Assembly: GCA_965231145.1 (NCBI GenBank)
Contig: OZ246420.1
Location: 750,001-782,000 of the forward strand
Reading direction: 5' to 3'
DNA length: 32,000 nucleotides
From: Candidatus Saccharimonadota bacterium
Lineage (GTDB): Bacteria > Patescibacteriota > Gracilibacteria > Absconditabacterales > Absconditicoccaceae
Below, piece after piece: positions 1 through 9,870 of the stretch. The notes under the pieces are model-generated. The model saw only the letters and a program-made list of their open reading frames with translations, ran no database searches and was not told the DNA's origin. Every line of letters starts with the position of its first letter. Position 1 is the first letter of the stretch. Made by a program: the position numbers and the translations under genes.

Positions 1-1265
1 GAATGTGCTTTGCCGGCGTCTCGGCTGCAGGTTACTGTACTCTGGAGTTTGGGCGAGGCACACCAGAGGGGGATTACATTGCAAGAGTACTTTTAACAGG
101 TAACAGTAATGTATTGGATAATGTAACTGTGGGTGCATCATCTCCTTTTTATACTCATTATAATACATGAGTAACTCTTACGGGAGGACAATCATATAGC
201 ATAACCATAAGAGTAGGAACTTTCCCTTGATCTACTCAATCAGTAGCTGCTTGGATAGATTACGATCAAAATGATGTATTTGAAGCAAGCGAAAAACTAT
301 GAGAAACAACATCTATGGGGCCAGATACTTATACCACTTTTTCTTTTTCAGTACCAATGACATGAGTCAATGGGACAACAAGAATGCGCGTATTGGAGTC
401 GTCATACGGTACAAATCTTGATCCATGTGCACCAGCATGGCTCTATGGAGAAACAGAAGATTATGACATCACTCTCATATGAATGGCAACAGCGGCTCCC
501 ATCGGTGGTGAAGGTTATAGAAAACTCCCTATAGACAATTGTCCGGATAAAGATATTTCGCCTACACCCTACGATGGGTTATGCGCGGGCATGAGTCCGT
601 TCATTGGTGGGATACTGGCCGACTCAATTAATACTGCTACAGCAACTGGATCAAATAACATGACCGGAGAGGTGTCGTTCTCTACAGGAGATATAAACAA
701 CGATGCGACAACTGGAACCCATGAACTTATAGAGGATCCTTCTTCTATGAATGCGGCAGCCAGATGTACAGATAGTGAAGAACAAAGTGCATATGAGTTT
801 TGAATGAGTCATGCGATAACATCAAAAGAGACATGCCTTTCGGCTGATATGAATGGAGGGCTCATCAGGATCGATGCAGCAAAAATGATAGTAAATTTCG
901 CTATGAATGTACTCGACAGAAGACCAGATTCGACCAAAAAATGTGTATTTAATGATATGACTGATCAATCAGTAGAGACACAAGAATATGCATTAAAAGC
1001 CTGCCAGCTTGGTCTTATGGGGCTTAAGGGAAATGGGACTCCTGCTGCGATGTTTCACCCAAATGAACTCGTTAATAAGGCTCAGTTCGTCTCTGCCCTT
1101 TCAAGATTACTCTATGGAGAAGCTCACAACTCAAAAAGAACATGTCGATATTGTATGCATGCACAGGCACTCAAGGATGCTTCTATTATAAATCTCACCA
1201 ACGATCTTATGCAGCCTATCAAAAGAGGTCGAGCAATAATCATGTTCATGAGAGTAACAAAATAA
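1..1265 (+). CDS. Surface protein, 5'-truncated by the window: GEVED domain + Cys motif + SLH-like C-terminal module
   Basis: The frame starting at nt 3 is open to TAA 1263-1265 if six in-frame TGAs are read as Gly. This joins track ORFs 483..803 and 804..1265. GEVED-like signature: AAWIDYDQNDVF...GTTRMRV...DPCAPAWLYGETEDYDITL. Followed by DNCPDKDISPTPYDGLCAG and an SLH-like tail (ACQLGLMGLKGNG..FHPNELVNKAQFVSALSRLLYG). Confidence 0.8.
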
Positions 1266-1267
1266 AG

Positions 1268-1288
1268 CAGCCGCCACAGGCTGTTTTT
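1268..1288 (+). terminator. Rho-independent terminator-like hairpin
   Basis: cagcc-gccaca-ggctg stem-loop followed by TTTTT, directly after the TAA of the surface-protein gene. Confidence 0.55.
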
Positions 1289-1342
1289 CTCTATTTACTA
1301 AAGTAATGCGATTTACTATAATGTGTAAACTATCATATTCAT

Positions 1343-1627
1343 ATGAAGAAAACTCTCAGAACGTGTCCACAGTGACACCAATACTATAAAAGTTCGGACT
1401 GCCCAACATGTCCGTTTTGTGCAAATGAAAAGAAGCCTACAAGAGGTTTTCTTACAGAGCTGTCTGCACCTGCAAGGCGCGCATTACAATCTGCAGGTAT
1501 TCGTACTATAGAGCAACTGGCAGCTCATACAGAAAAGGATCTACTCACACTCCATGGGTTTTGACCTGCATCGCTCCCCATACTCAGAAAGATATTACAT
1601 GCGCATAAACTCTCTTTTAAAAAGTAG
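1343..1627 (+). CDS. Small zinc-ribbon + helix-hairpin-helix (RpoA-CTD-like) protein, 94 aa
   Basis: ATG 1343 to TAG 1625-1627 with two in-frame TGAs. CPQ-G-HQYYKSSDCPTCPFC is a four-Cys ribbon. The C-terminal half, LSAPARRALQSAGIRTIEQLAAHTEKDLLTLHGFGPASL, is HhH-like. Absent from the standard-code track. Confidence 0.7.
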
Positions 1628-1672
1628 CATGATTGCTATTATCCGATCATATTTAGTTCATATATCTCTCTC

Positions 1673-2545
1673 ATGCAAAAAATCACTCCTTTCCTCTGGT
1701 TCGATAAACAGGCTGAAGAAGCTGCACAATTTTATACTTCTCTTTTTAAAAATGGTTCCGTGGGAACTATCGCTCGCTATCCTGAAGGCGTGCCAGGGTG
1801 ACAAGCCGGTTCAGTTATGACAGTATCTTTCTCGATAGATGGAACAGAATTTGCTGCGATCAATGCGTGACCTATCTTTACGCTCAACCCTTCCGTATCA
1901 TTTTTTGTAACGTGTCAATCCGCTGAGGAGGTAGAGATGTATTGGAACAAGCTTATAGAAGGTGGAAAAGCACTTATGGAGCTTGGAAGTTATCCGTTTA
2001 GCGAAAAGTATGGATGGGTACAGGACAAGTTTGGCGTGTCATGGCAGTTATTTATGTGACCGGAAGCAAAGCCGATCAGACCATGTATGATGTTTGCGAA
2101 CGCTATCTATGGAAAAGCGGAAGAAGCTATGAGTCTTTATACTTCACTTTTTGACAACTCTCAAATTGTGTTTACTGCACCTTACGAGGCGCCACAAAAA
2201 GGAGTGATGCATGCTGTATTTATGCTCGACGGTCAGGAAATTATCGCTATGGATGCCCATGGAGTACATGGATTTGATTTTAATGAGGCGATCTCATTTG
2301 TTATCAACTGCGATGGCCAGGAAGAAGTAGATCACTTCTGGAACAAGCTCATCGCTGATGGCGGACAAGAAAGCCAGTGTGGATGGCTTAAAGACAAATA
2401 TGGGTTCTCATGGCAGATAGTACCAAAACAACTTTATGAATATCTTGGTGGATCAGATACTGCCGGCGCACAAAGAGCAACACAAGCTATGCTGCAGATG
2501 AGAAAACTAGATATTGCGACATTGAAGCAAGCGTATGAAGGGTAA
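1673..2545 (+). CDS. VOC-superfamily protein with two tandem PF06983-like (3-demethylubiquinone-9 3-methyltransferase-like/PhnB-like) domains
   Basis: ATG 1673 to TAA 2543-2545 with three in-frame TGAs. The family pattern occurs twice: ITPFLWFDKQAEEAAQFY...GSVMTVSFSIDG...VSFFVTCQSAEEVEMYWNKL...YGWVQDKFGVSWQ, and again in track ORF 2087..2545 (...ISFVINCDGQEEVDHFWNKL..CGWLKDKYGFSWQIVP). Confidence 0.85.
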
Positions 2546-2573
2546 AAAAAACAGCCATTGAGGCTGTTTTTTT
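2544..2573. terminator. Bidirectional terminator hairpin between convergent genes
   Basis: A-run, acagcc-attga-ggctgt, T-run. Lies between the + gene ending at 2545 and the - gene ending at 2572. Confidence 0.65.
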
Positions 2574-2814
2574 ATGAGTTGAAATATCTTCTAATCATAC
2601 TTCTTCATGGTTTTCCTGTTACTTTACGAATAATGAGTTCATAATACACGGTATCCACGATAAGGATAAGCGCTATTCCATAAATAGTTGGTGCTGGCAC
2701 GTCCGTACTCGGCTGCAGTTCGATAATCGCTATAATGATGAATAGCACAAAGATGAGGAACAATGCTCTGTAAAGCTTATGCCACCATTTACTGGTATAT
2801 ATTATCATTTCCAT
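2572..2814 (-). CDS. Small two-TM membrane protein (80 aa)
   Basis: Track ORF 2605..2814 ends in TGA. Read as Gly it runs to TAA (2572-2574). Two hydrophobic segments (LFLIFVLFIIIAII, IYGIALILIVDTVYY). No family recognised. Confidence 0.5.
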
Positions 2815-2946
2815 ATCGCTTTAAAAAACGAGATAAATGTATGGCCTTTTTTAGAGAATAGTGCATGAAATTGCAATCTAAGAGCAAGTATGGCACCACC
2901 ATGCCATAAAAAAACGTTAAAGGGCCTTTTTATCGCCCCAAATTTG

Positions 2947-2974
2947 TTGACTTATCTCGCATTATACATACAAT
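2947..2974 (+). promoter_or_regulatory. Candidate sigma70-type promoter (TTGACT-N16-TACAAT), 6 nt upstream of ATG 2981
   Basis: TTGACT at 2947-2952 and TACAAT at 2969-2974. No Shine-Dalgarno between the -10 box and the ATG, which would give a leaderless or near-leaderless mRNA. Confidence 0.3.
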
Positions 2975-2980
2975 CTGCTC

Positions 2981-4684
2981 ATGCATTGAACAGACACAAA
3001 CACTCCTAAAGAAGTCTGGGATAGATACAGCTCACATCAGTGGGTATATTTTGCAGAAGAAATAAAACAGAGAATTTCATTTTTTCTCTCTGATAGACTA
3101 TGGGGTAAAAATCTTGAACTTGGTGGTGGCTGGTATTTGACTCACCCCGGTTCTACCGTAGTAGATATCTCTCCCAAGGCATTGGAGTACAATCCAGCCA
3201 ACGAAAAAATAGAATTTGACTTAGATGATATCCAACTTGGAAGGAAATTACCTTTTCCGGATCATAGTTTTGATCATGCTACGATGATTAGCGTCTATCA
3301 GTACCTCAAGGGAGGAAAAAAGTTCAGAGATGAATTAATGAGAGTATTGAAGCCTGGTGCTGAACTCTATATTATCAATATGAATGGCTGAGGGTCAGGC
3401 CTCTGAGATGGAGTCGTACAAGGCTCTACTCATATCGGTCCCATAAAAGAAGAATTTTCCAAGGCAGGATTTGACACACTCGTAGAAAATATTCCTTTCC
3501 GTGCTGACATCGCAAAGGTGCAATCACTGTGTGTTGCCATGCCTGATATAGATTTATTTGGACCAACCCATGGACAAATTCGCGATCGTTATGGGAGAGA
3601 ACGTATAAATGCGATCTACTCTCATTATAAACCATTTTCTTGGAGGCTACATAGCCATGATGAAGATGAAGATATCAATGATGACACAAGAAGCATTGAT
3701 CATTTCACGCAAGTATATACCAAGCGAGAACTCAGAAAAATGAATGATCTGTTTTATAAAATCGCTACATATCCGCTAACCGCCTTTAGTGTAGAGTATA
3801 GAAAATCCCTGCAAGCATTTACTGACGAGTGCTTAGCGAAAACAAACTGTATTCCGATCATCACTTCTTATAGCTATAATGAGATCAATATTGATATGGC
3901 GACAAAGGATCGTCCTCTCTACTTATCCTTTCATATCATGGGGAAGACAGGAAAAGTTTCCTATGAAGAAAGGGAAGAAGTAATGAAAATAGCAGAAAAG
4001 CATCGTATACAAGGCTCAAATACATCAGGTCGTTTTAAAGGTAATACTCCGGATGAAATTATTGCCAACTACGAAAAGCAAGACTATGAGACACAATACA
4101 GCACCTTATACGATAATTATAGGAAGCAACCTTTTTCAGATACTGATCAACAGACAGTTATTTCGTTTCTTGCTGAGATACCTCTCAATAGTGTCACTAA
4201 AGAACTACAAGATCGTCTCTATGCGCTGGTAAAATCATGGTGAGCGAGAGATGAACTCATCCTGGCTGAGAAAGACAAGCAAAATATGATTGGCTGGAAT
4301 CATGACATTGCGCAGTGGAGAATCGATATGAAGGAACGAAAAGCTCGTCAAAAGAATATAAAAGATGATTATAATGATGACGAGGATGAACAACCAGACA
4401 AACCTCGGAAACCAGAGCTTCTTACCAGACCATGGTATTGCCAGATAGATACACTTATCACTAAAAAGAAAGCCCAAGGCTATATGGGCATGTTAATTCC
4501 TCGCAAACAAAGGAGAGAAGTTGATAGACTGCTAAAGCTGAAAGAACAGTGCGCTACAGGAGAAGTTGATATGGCAGAACGAAAGCACATTGATTATCTT
4601 GCTGTTATGCCTTATTTTCCAGAAATATTTGAACAGCGGGATACAGATGCATATAAAGGAAGTAAGATGAGCTCTGAAGATTAA
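2981..4684 (+). CDS. Class I SAM-methyltransferase-like N-domain fused to a large uncharacterised charged C-terminal region (567 aa)
   Basis: One frame joins 2981.., 3137..3391, 3518..4243 and 4286..4684 through four TGAs, ending at TAA 4682-4684. Motif I-like LELGGGWYLTHPGSTVVDISP, then FPDHSFDHATMISVYQYL...VLKPGAELYIIN. The rest is unrecognised and includes an acidic stretch HDEDEDINDD. Confidence 0.7.
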
Positions 4685-4749
4685 GGCTTTCTATTTATCA
4701 AAAATATCCTATACTCTTACCATAAGTTTTTTGCTTGATACCCTTTCTC

Positions 4750-5382
4750 ATGAACACCCAAATCATTTCTGCAAGATTTATCATTAGTAGTCCAAACCTT
4801 GCTTTGTGTCCCGATACCCAGATGCCAGAATATGCATTTATCGGCAGAAGTAATGTTGGAAAGTCGAGCTTGATCAACGCGCTCTGTGAGAAAAAAGAGT
4901 TAGCAAGGACGAGTCCGAAGCCAGGGAAGACACAGCTGATAAACTACTTTACCATAGAAAGCAAAGATGAAGCAAATGGTATGCAAACCTGGAATCTGGT
5001 CGATTTGCCTGGTTACGGATATGCAAAAGTAGCAAAAGATGTTCGTAAAGAATGGGAACACATCATAGAGCATTATATGGTGAAAAGAAAAAATCTTGCA
5101 CATGTCTTTGTACTTATCGATAGCAGACATACTCCTCAAAAATCAGATCTCGATTTCGCCTATGGATTATATTCGTTTCATATACCTTTTTCTTTGGTCT
5201 TCACGAAGATAGACAAAGTTTCTCAAAAAGAGCTTTCGGCACATATCAAACTTTTTACACAAGAACTCAGCAAACTTATTGGTATCACCCCACCATGCTT
5301 CACTACCAGCGCAGAAAAAAAACAATCTGTTCAATTGCTTCTCAGTGCTATCCATGAGATGAACTCACAACTTCCTCGCTAA
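4750..5382 (+). CDS. engB: Ribosome-biogenesis GTPase EngB/YsxC (YihA)
   Basis: G1 motif GRSNVGKSSLINAL, G3 motif DLPGYGYAKV, G4-like FTKIDK. ATG 4750 is preferred over the TTG at 4735. Stop is TAA. No TGA inside. Confidence 0.9.
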   Translation: MNTQIISARFIISSPNLALCPDTQMPEYAFIGRSNVGKSSLINALCEKKELARTSPKPGKTQLINYFTIESKDEANGMQTWNLVDLPGYGYAKVAKDVRKEWEHIIEHYMVKRKNLAHVFVLIDSRHTPQKSDLDFAYGLYSFHIPFSLVFTKIDKVSQKELSAHIKLFTQELSKLIGITPPCFTTSAEKKQSVQLLLSAIHEMNSQLPR

Positions 5383-5384
5383 TG

Positions 5385-5411
5385 ACTCTCCTCTTCCGGA
5401 GAGTTTTTTTA
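5385..5411 (+). terminator. Rho-independent terminator of engB
   Basis: actctcc-tcttcc-ggagagt stem followed by a T-run. Confidence 0.6.
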
Positions 5412-5434
5412 TATGAAATAAATATATAGACTAT

Positions 5435-5465
5435 TAAAAAAACTTCCATGGATAACCCACGGAAG
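5435..5465 (-). terminator. Rho-independent terminator (minus strand) after 5495..5953
   Basis: On the minus strand: cttccgtgg-gttat-ccatggaag (one mismatch) followed by TTTTTTT. Confidence 0.55.
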
Positions 5466-5494
5466 CTTGTAACATTTTTTTGGTGGCATGAGCA

Positions 5495-5953
5495 TTAGTT
5501 GTAGTAGGAGTGGCGATGACGGTTATTACGCTCCTTCTCTTCGCATGGTTTACACGGCGTCGTGGTTGAATAAGTGGGTTCCTCATTAACAACTTTCCGG
5601 GTATACAGTTCAGGTTTTACAGGTTCCCTCTTAAGCTTTCTTGAAACTATAATAGGTTGTTCCTCCTTCACTTTTGGCGGCGTAGGTTTTGGGTCAACCA
5701 TAACTTCTGCTGGTCTCTTACGAAGAGACGATTGTTCTACAACAGAAGGCGTATCCTTCTTTTTTATAGTCTTATAGACAGGCCCCGTCTCCTTTTTTAC
5801 GGGAGGCACTGATTTTACGATAGGTATATCAGTTTTTGACTCTCTATAAGAACTCTGAGGAATATGTTTCTCTGCCGTAATGCTATTAGACTGAGCAAAA
5901 GAAGTGGAGCTTGCGCTCAATACAACGATAATACTTAACAGTGCTTTTTTCAT
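5495..5953 (-). CDS. Secreted Lys/Pro/Glu-rich basic protein (152 aa), orphan
   Basis: Signal peptide MKKALLSIIVVLSASSTSFAQS. Extended P/K/E/V-rich low-complexity body. C-terminus CKPCEEKERNNRHRHSYYN. TAA stop. Confidence 0.6.
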   Translation of the reverse strand: MKKALLSIIVVLSASSTSFAQSNSITAEKHIPQSSYRESKTDIPIVKSVPPVKKETGPVYKTIKKKDTPSVVEQSSLRKRPAEVMVDPKPTPPKVKEEQPIIVSRKLKREPVKPELYTRKVVNEEPTYSTTTPCKPCEEKERNNRHRHSYYN

Positions 5954-6081
5954 GATCCTTCGTTTTTGATGTGTTCAATTTTGTTTAACTATTTTATTAT
6001 ATACGACAAAACAGATAAGTCAATATTTTAAGCTCATTAGGTCATAATAGCAAAATAAGCGCTCTTTTGGGATTTTCCTAT

Positions 6082-6106
6082 AAAAAAAGCCCCGGAAAAC
6101 CGGGGC
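6082..6106 (-). terminator. Rho-independent terminator (minus strand) after 6139..6414
   Basis: gccccgg-aaaa-ccggggc perfect 7-bp GC stem. On the minus strand it is followed by TTTTTTT. Confidence 0.75.
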
Positions 6107-6138
6107 ATGTGTAACATTTGCAAGACTAAGAAGGCTTT

Positions 6139-6414
6139 TTAGTGATAGCAACTACGGCGGTAATAGGTTTTACCCATTGACTGCTCGCGGTAACCGCAGC
6201 CGTTGTAGTAGCGACCATATGCATCCCTATATGGATTCTTATGGAAGTGCTTCCTGTGCATCCGTTGGCGCACAATACGGTATGGTCGCTTCCATTGGCT
6301 TCCGCCAACATAACGGATAGTTACTCCCCCACCGGGACGGCACGATTGAGCACCCGCGTCTTCTGCGCAGAATAGCACTGCAATAATTGCAATTAAGATG
6401 AATTTCAGTTTCAT
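6139..6414 (-). CDS. Small secreted, very basic Arg/Tyr/His/Gly-rich protein (91 aa), orphan
   Basis: Start taken at the internal ATG (6412-6414), giving signal peptide MKLKFILIAIIAVLFCAEDAGAQS. Mature part is rich in R/Y/H/G with 4 Cys and ends YYRRSCYH. TAA stop. Confidence 0.55.
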   Translation of the reverse strand: MKLKFILIAIIAVLFCAEDAGAQSCRPGGGVTIRYVGGSQWKRPYRIVRQRMHRKHFHKNPYRDAYGRYYNGCGYREQSMGKTYYRRSCYH

Positions 6415-6599
6415 GATTTTTTTATGTTTTGTTATGCTCTTATTGTAATCCAGAAAAAACATAAGTCAAGTCTTGATCCATCTTATGTTACATAGCAAAA
6501 GATCTGTTGTTGGAACAGAACAACAGATAATGAAGCCAGAAAATTGACTTATATCATAAAGCATATAAGATAGTGTCACTTTATAGTTTATATATAGAT

Positions 6600-7409
6600 A
6601 TGCACAATCCATCCCTACACAATGCATCTGAGAAACCTGTTTCACAAGAAATAGAAAGAACTCATACCCATGAAATAGCAGACAACTTGTGATCAAATGA
6701 TATAAGCAACAAACTAGCATCCATTGAGAGTGTTGTATGAGTCGAACAAGCTAAAAATTTTAAGCAAGCTCTTGATATATGCGATCTAGAAGCAAAAGGC
6801 AGCATAGATACTGAAGTCGCGGAGAAATGGCTTTGAATAAAAAACAAACTCCTTACAGAGGTAAGCTATGAAAAGATACATGGAAAAAATTGTATTATCA
6901 TTCCTGTTCTGCCCAAACCTTGGTGCATAGAAGATGCGACTGCGATTGATTTTAAAGAAAAGTTCGGGCTTGATGTTTGCCCCTCTACATCTGATGGTCG
7001 TAGATTTTATAGCATGACATGAACTTGACTGGATAAGATTCCTCTTGATAAAAGAAAAATCCACATTCCTGATGATGAGATGTATAAGATACTTATAAAA
7101 TGGCTCAATAACGACCTACCACGAGATAGGACAAAAAATTCTTTTCTTGCCGACTGATATACCGGAAAAATCTTAGAGAAAATATGCAATCTTGGATATC
7201 CTGGTATGTATGGTAGTTTCGCTGTATGAGGATTTTGACAAGGATCGGAAGAGAAAACAGTGCTTGTAGGATTTACCGGAGAAATCATGTCTGCAGACGC
7301 CACGCCAATTATGTGACATTATCACACACTGGACTATAATAACAAAGGAGATCTACGCGTTTCAGAGGTAGTAAATCATATCAAGCCGCTTGTTCGTTTT
7401 TATGAGTAA
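6600..7409 (+). CDS. Hypothetical protein (269 aa), visible only under code 25; C-terminal half is weakly FISUMP/TIGR02145-like
   Basis: ATG 6600 to TAA 7407-7409 is open if nine in-frame TGAs are Gly. The standard-code track shows no + strand ORF here, only short antisense ORFs. C-terminal pattern ...HIPDDEMYKILIKWL...FLADGYTGK...GSFAVGGFGQGSEEK...MGHYHTLDYNNKGDLRVSEV..HIKPLVRFYE resembles the Fibrobacter paralogous-domain layout (low confidence). Confidence 0.65.
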
Positions 7410-7430
7410 AGATTTTTTTTAGACTATAAT

Positions 7431-7456
7431 AAAAACAGCTCGCTTGAGCTGTTTTT
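7431..7456. terminator. Bidirectional terminator hairpin
   Basis: AAAAA-cagctc-gctt-gagctg-TTTTT, between the + gene ending at 7409 and the - gene ending at 7542. Confidence 0.65.
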
Positions 7457-7541
7457 ATATTATCCATGATATGTTTTTTCTAATGTAGGCATATCAGGTT
7501 TTTTTCATCTGAAGTATAGCCTACATTGCTCTTTGTATTAG

Positions 7542-9704
7542 CTATTTCGTAGGAATATAGTTCATACGTGCACTAATCACATATGATGAATCAGTCTCAT
7601 CCTTAGAAAACGCCTGATCCTTATATGCTCTAAACAACATGAGTCCAGCATCATGTCTTGAAACAGGATCAAGTCCAGCTCCATTTTTAATGATACCAAG
7701 TTTTGTTGCTACATCATTGTAAACTGCGTACCAAACACCCTGATCTTCAGGAAGATAACTCTTAAGGATCAGTCTTGTAAGCACTGCATTGAGTTCTGCT
7801 TTTGTAATGAAATCTGTTGGTCTGAACTGCCCATCAGCCCCTCACTTCATAAGACCAAGTTGATATGCGAGAGTGATATATTTCGCAAGACTTGGATCAG
7901 CAGTGTTTACATCGCTATAGTTGATAGTATCAGCTGTTGGCTTTCTACAAAGGACATTGATCGCAAAGTTTGAGAACATCTTTGCTGCTTGTTGTCTTGT
8001 CATAAAACCAAATGGCTCAAATGCATCCATGCTATTGAACATAGTCATATCATACGCATTGAGGAACATAAACGCTGTTTTGAACTCCTCTGTCGTCACG
8101 ATACCTGTTGAATCTATGATATTAGTAATCTCTTCTCTTTCAAAGCATTCATTATTAGGTATGTCAGGATTGAATACCTTAGCTGGCTCGATAGAGATTA
8201 CATTTGTATTCTTAACTGGTTGATTCACAACTATTGGTTTGACAGGCTCTGTCACTTTTACTGTCCCTACTAAAGGGATAGTAGCATACGGTGTTGGCGA
8301 ATTTCTTGCAGGACCAACCATTGATCATCCACCTCATCCTCCGCCTCCTCAACCAAATCATACGTTAGCAACCGGCGCTGTAGTCGTAGCAGTTGTCTCT
8401 TCACAGACAGAAAGGAAATCTCCTCCACCCATGTCATACACAGCACAGATCGTAATAGTATAAGCTGTTCCGTTACTCAATCCTGAAAGCGTATAGCCCG
8501 AAAGAGTTTTATCAATACCTGTCATCTCACCATTACCCGGAGAGTATGAAATAGTATATGAGTCAAGATTACTGAGATTTCCACTCATAGGCTCACTCCA
8601 CGAAAGATCTACGACACCCAGACCTCCTGTTGCAAGTAGATTAACGACAGGATATTTACATGAACCATCATCAGAGCTTGCTCCTGAAAGATAGTTTATA
8701 GCATCTGCATCGGTACATCCAGGTCAAAGATCGACCGTAGAACCTTCTACCATACCTCATTCCATGTAAAAGATGAAACGTCCTGGAATTTCACTGTTAA
8801 GACTAAGAGTATTGAGTGCATAATCACCCTCATCCCAAAGCTGATCTGTGGTCATGCCATTGAGTACGAGTCAACTATTATCAACGATAGAGTTATAGAT
8901 CGTTGCACTTCAGCTCACATTACCAAGCCCTATCGCAACACGGTTTCCATCATATCCTTCATCATTTTGATTTCTTATACTTCCATAGTTCACGATCACA
9001 TTGACGTCATCGTTCGTGTCATCCACATCGACAAGCATAATCTGAAATGTATTCCAGAGTCCTTCATTATCACTAGAACTATATGTTGGGATATTAATCC
9101 ATGTGGCAACGAACGCAGGACGCCCTTCGAATATCGTACGTCACCAGTAGGTGAAATCAGTATGACGGGCTCCGCTATTCCACAGAGCAATCACTTCACC
9201 TAACTGTTCATCATTTTCCAAGTCCAGACAGTATGCACATACTCATGGCTTTGAACCAAGAATCTCATTGAGAGGTTGGTCATATTCATACGATCCCTGC
9301 CCAAATGAAAGCGAACCATTTGAATTAACAAAAACTGCGTCATACATGGTACCATACCAGTTGATATCAAAACCAATAGGTATACCTTCACTTCCATTCA
9401 TACCATCAATTCCCATCCAACAGTCATCACATCCATACCCAAGACGAGTATCAAACTGAGGACGTTGCGTTTGAAACCATGTATTCCACCCAGACCACGA
9501 TCCGAGAGGAATAAGGTCTGAATCTCCTGAAGCGGGCTGCTGACAACCGATAACAAACCCACTTGCATCCAATACCACTGGTCAAAGATATGAAGCGCCG
9601 CTATAGTTTAGACACCCCAAGCCCGATGCTTCTGTCGAAGATCATAAAGAAAGAGCTCATGCTCACAATAAAATCCCAAATACCAAGAACAGTATCTTTT
9701 TCAT
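7542..9704 (-). CDS. Secreted surface protein (720 aa): signal peptide, NIDO (nidogen)-like domain, FN3 domain, poly-Gly linker, tandem SLH-like C-terminal module
   Basis: One frame joins 9243..9578, 8358..8588, 7842..8321 and 7542..7784 plus the unlisted stretches, through about 15 TGAs. Start ATG 9702-9704 (MKKILFLVFGILLGAGALSLG). NIDO-like: IGFDINWYGTMYDAVFVNSNGSLSF...VIALWN...NTFQIMLVDV..VNVIVNYGSI. FN3: VVDLSWSEP...YTISYSP...LSGLSNGTAYTITICAV. SLH-like: AYQLGLMKGGADGQFRPTDFITKAELNAVLTRL. TAG stop. Confidence 0.85.
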
Positions 9705-9870
9705 ATATGTATATATACGGCGAAATAAAACTCTTTTTGTGTACACAAATGGGAGCCTATTTACAATCAGATCTCACTCCCATACATTATTTAATCATCT
9801 CAATATATAAAAAGAGTATATAATTATAACAATATGATAATCTCTATAAGTTGTCAGAACAGAAATCAAT

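Noticed and set aside
6466-7303. Five minus-strand ORFs in the track (6466..6720, 6662..6847, 6786..7064, 7007..7303 and others).
   Set aside because: They are short, overlapping and in different frames, with Cys/Phe/Ile/Ser-rich junk-like composition. They lie antisense to a single clean code-25 + strand frame (6600..7409) that has its own terminator.
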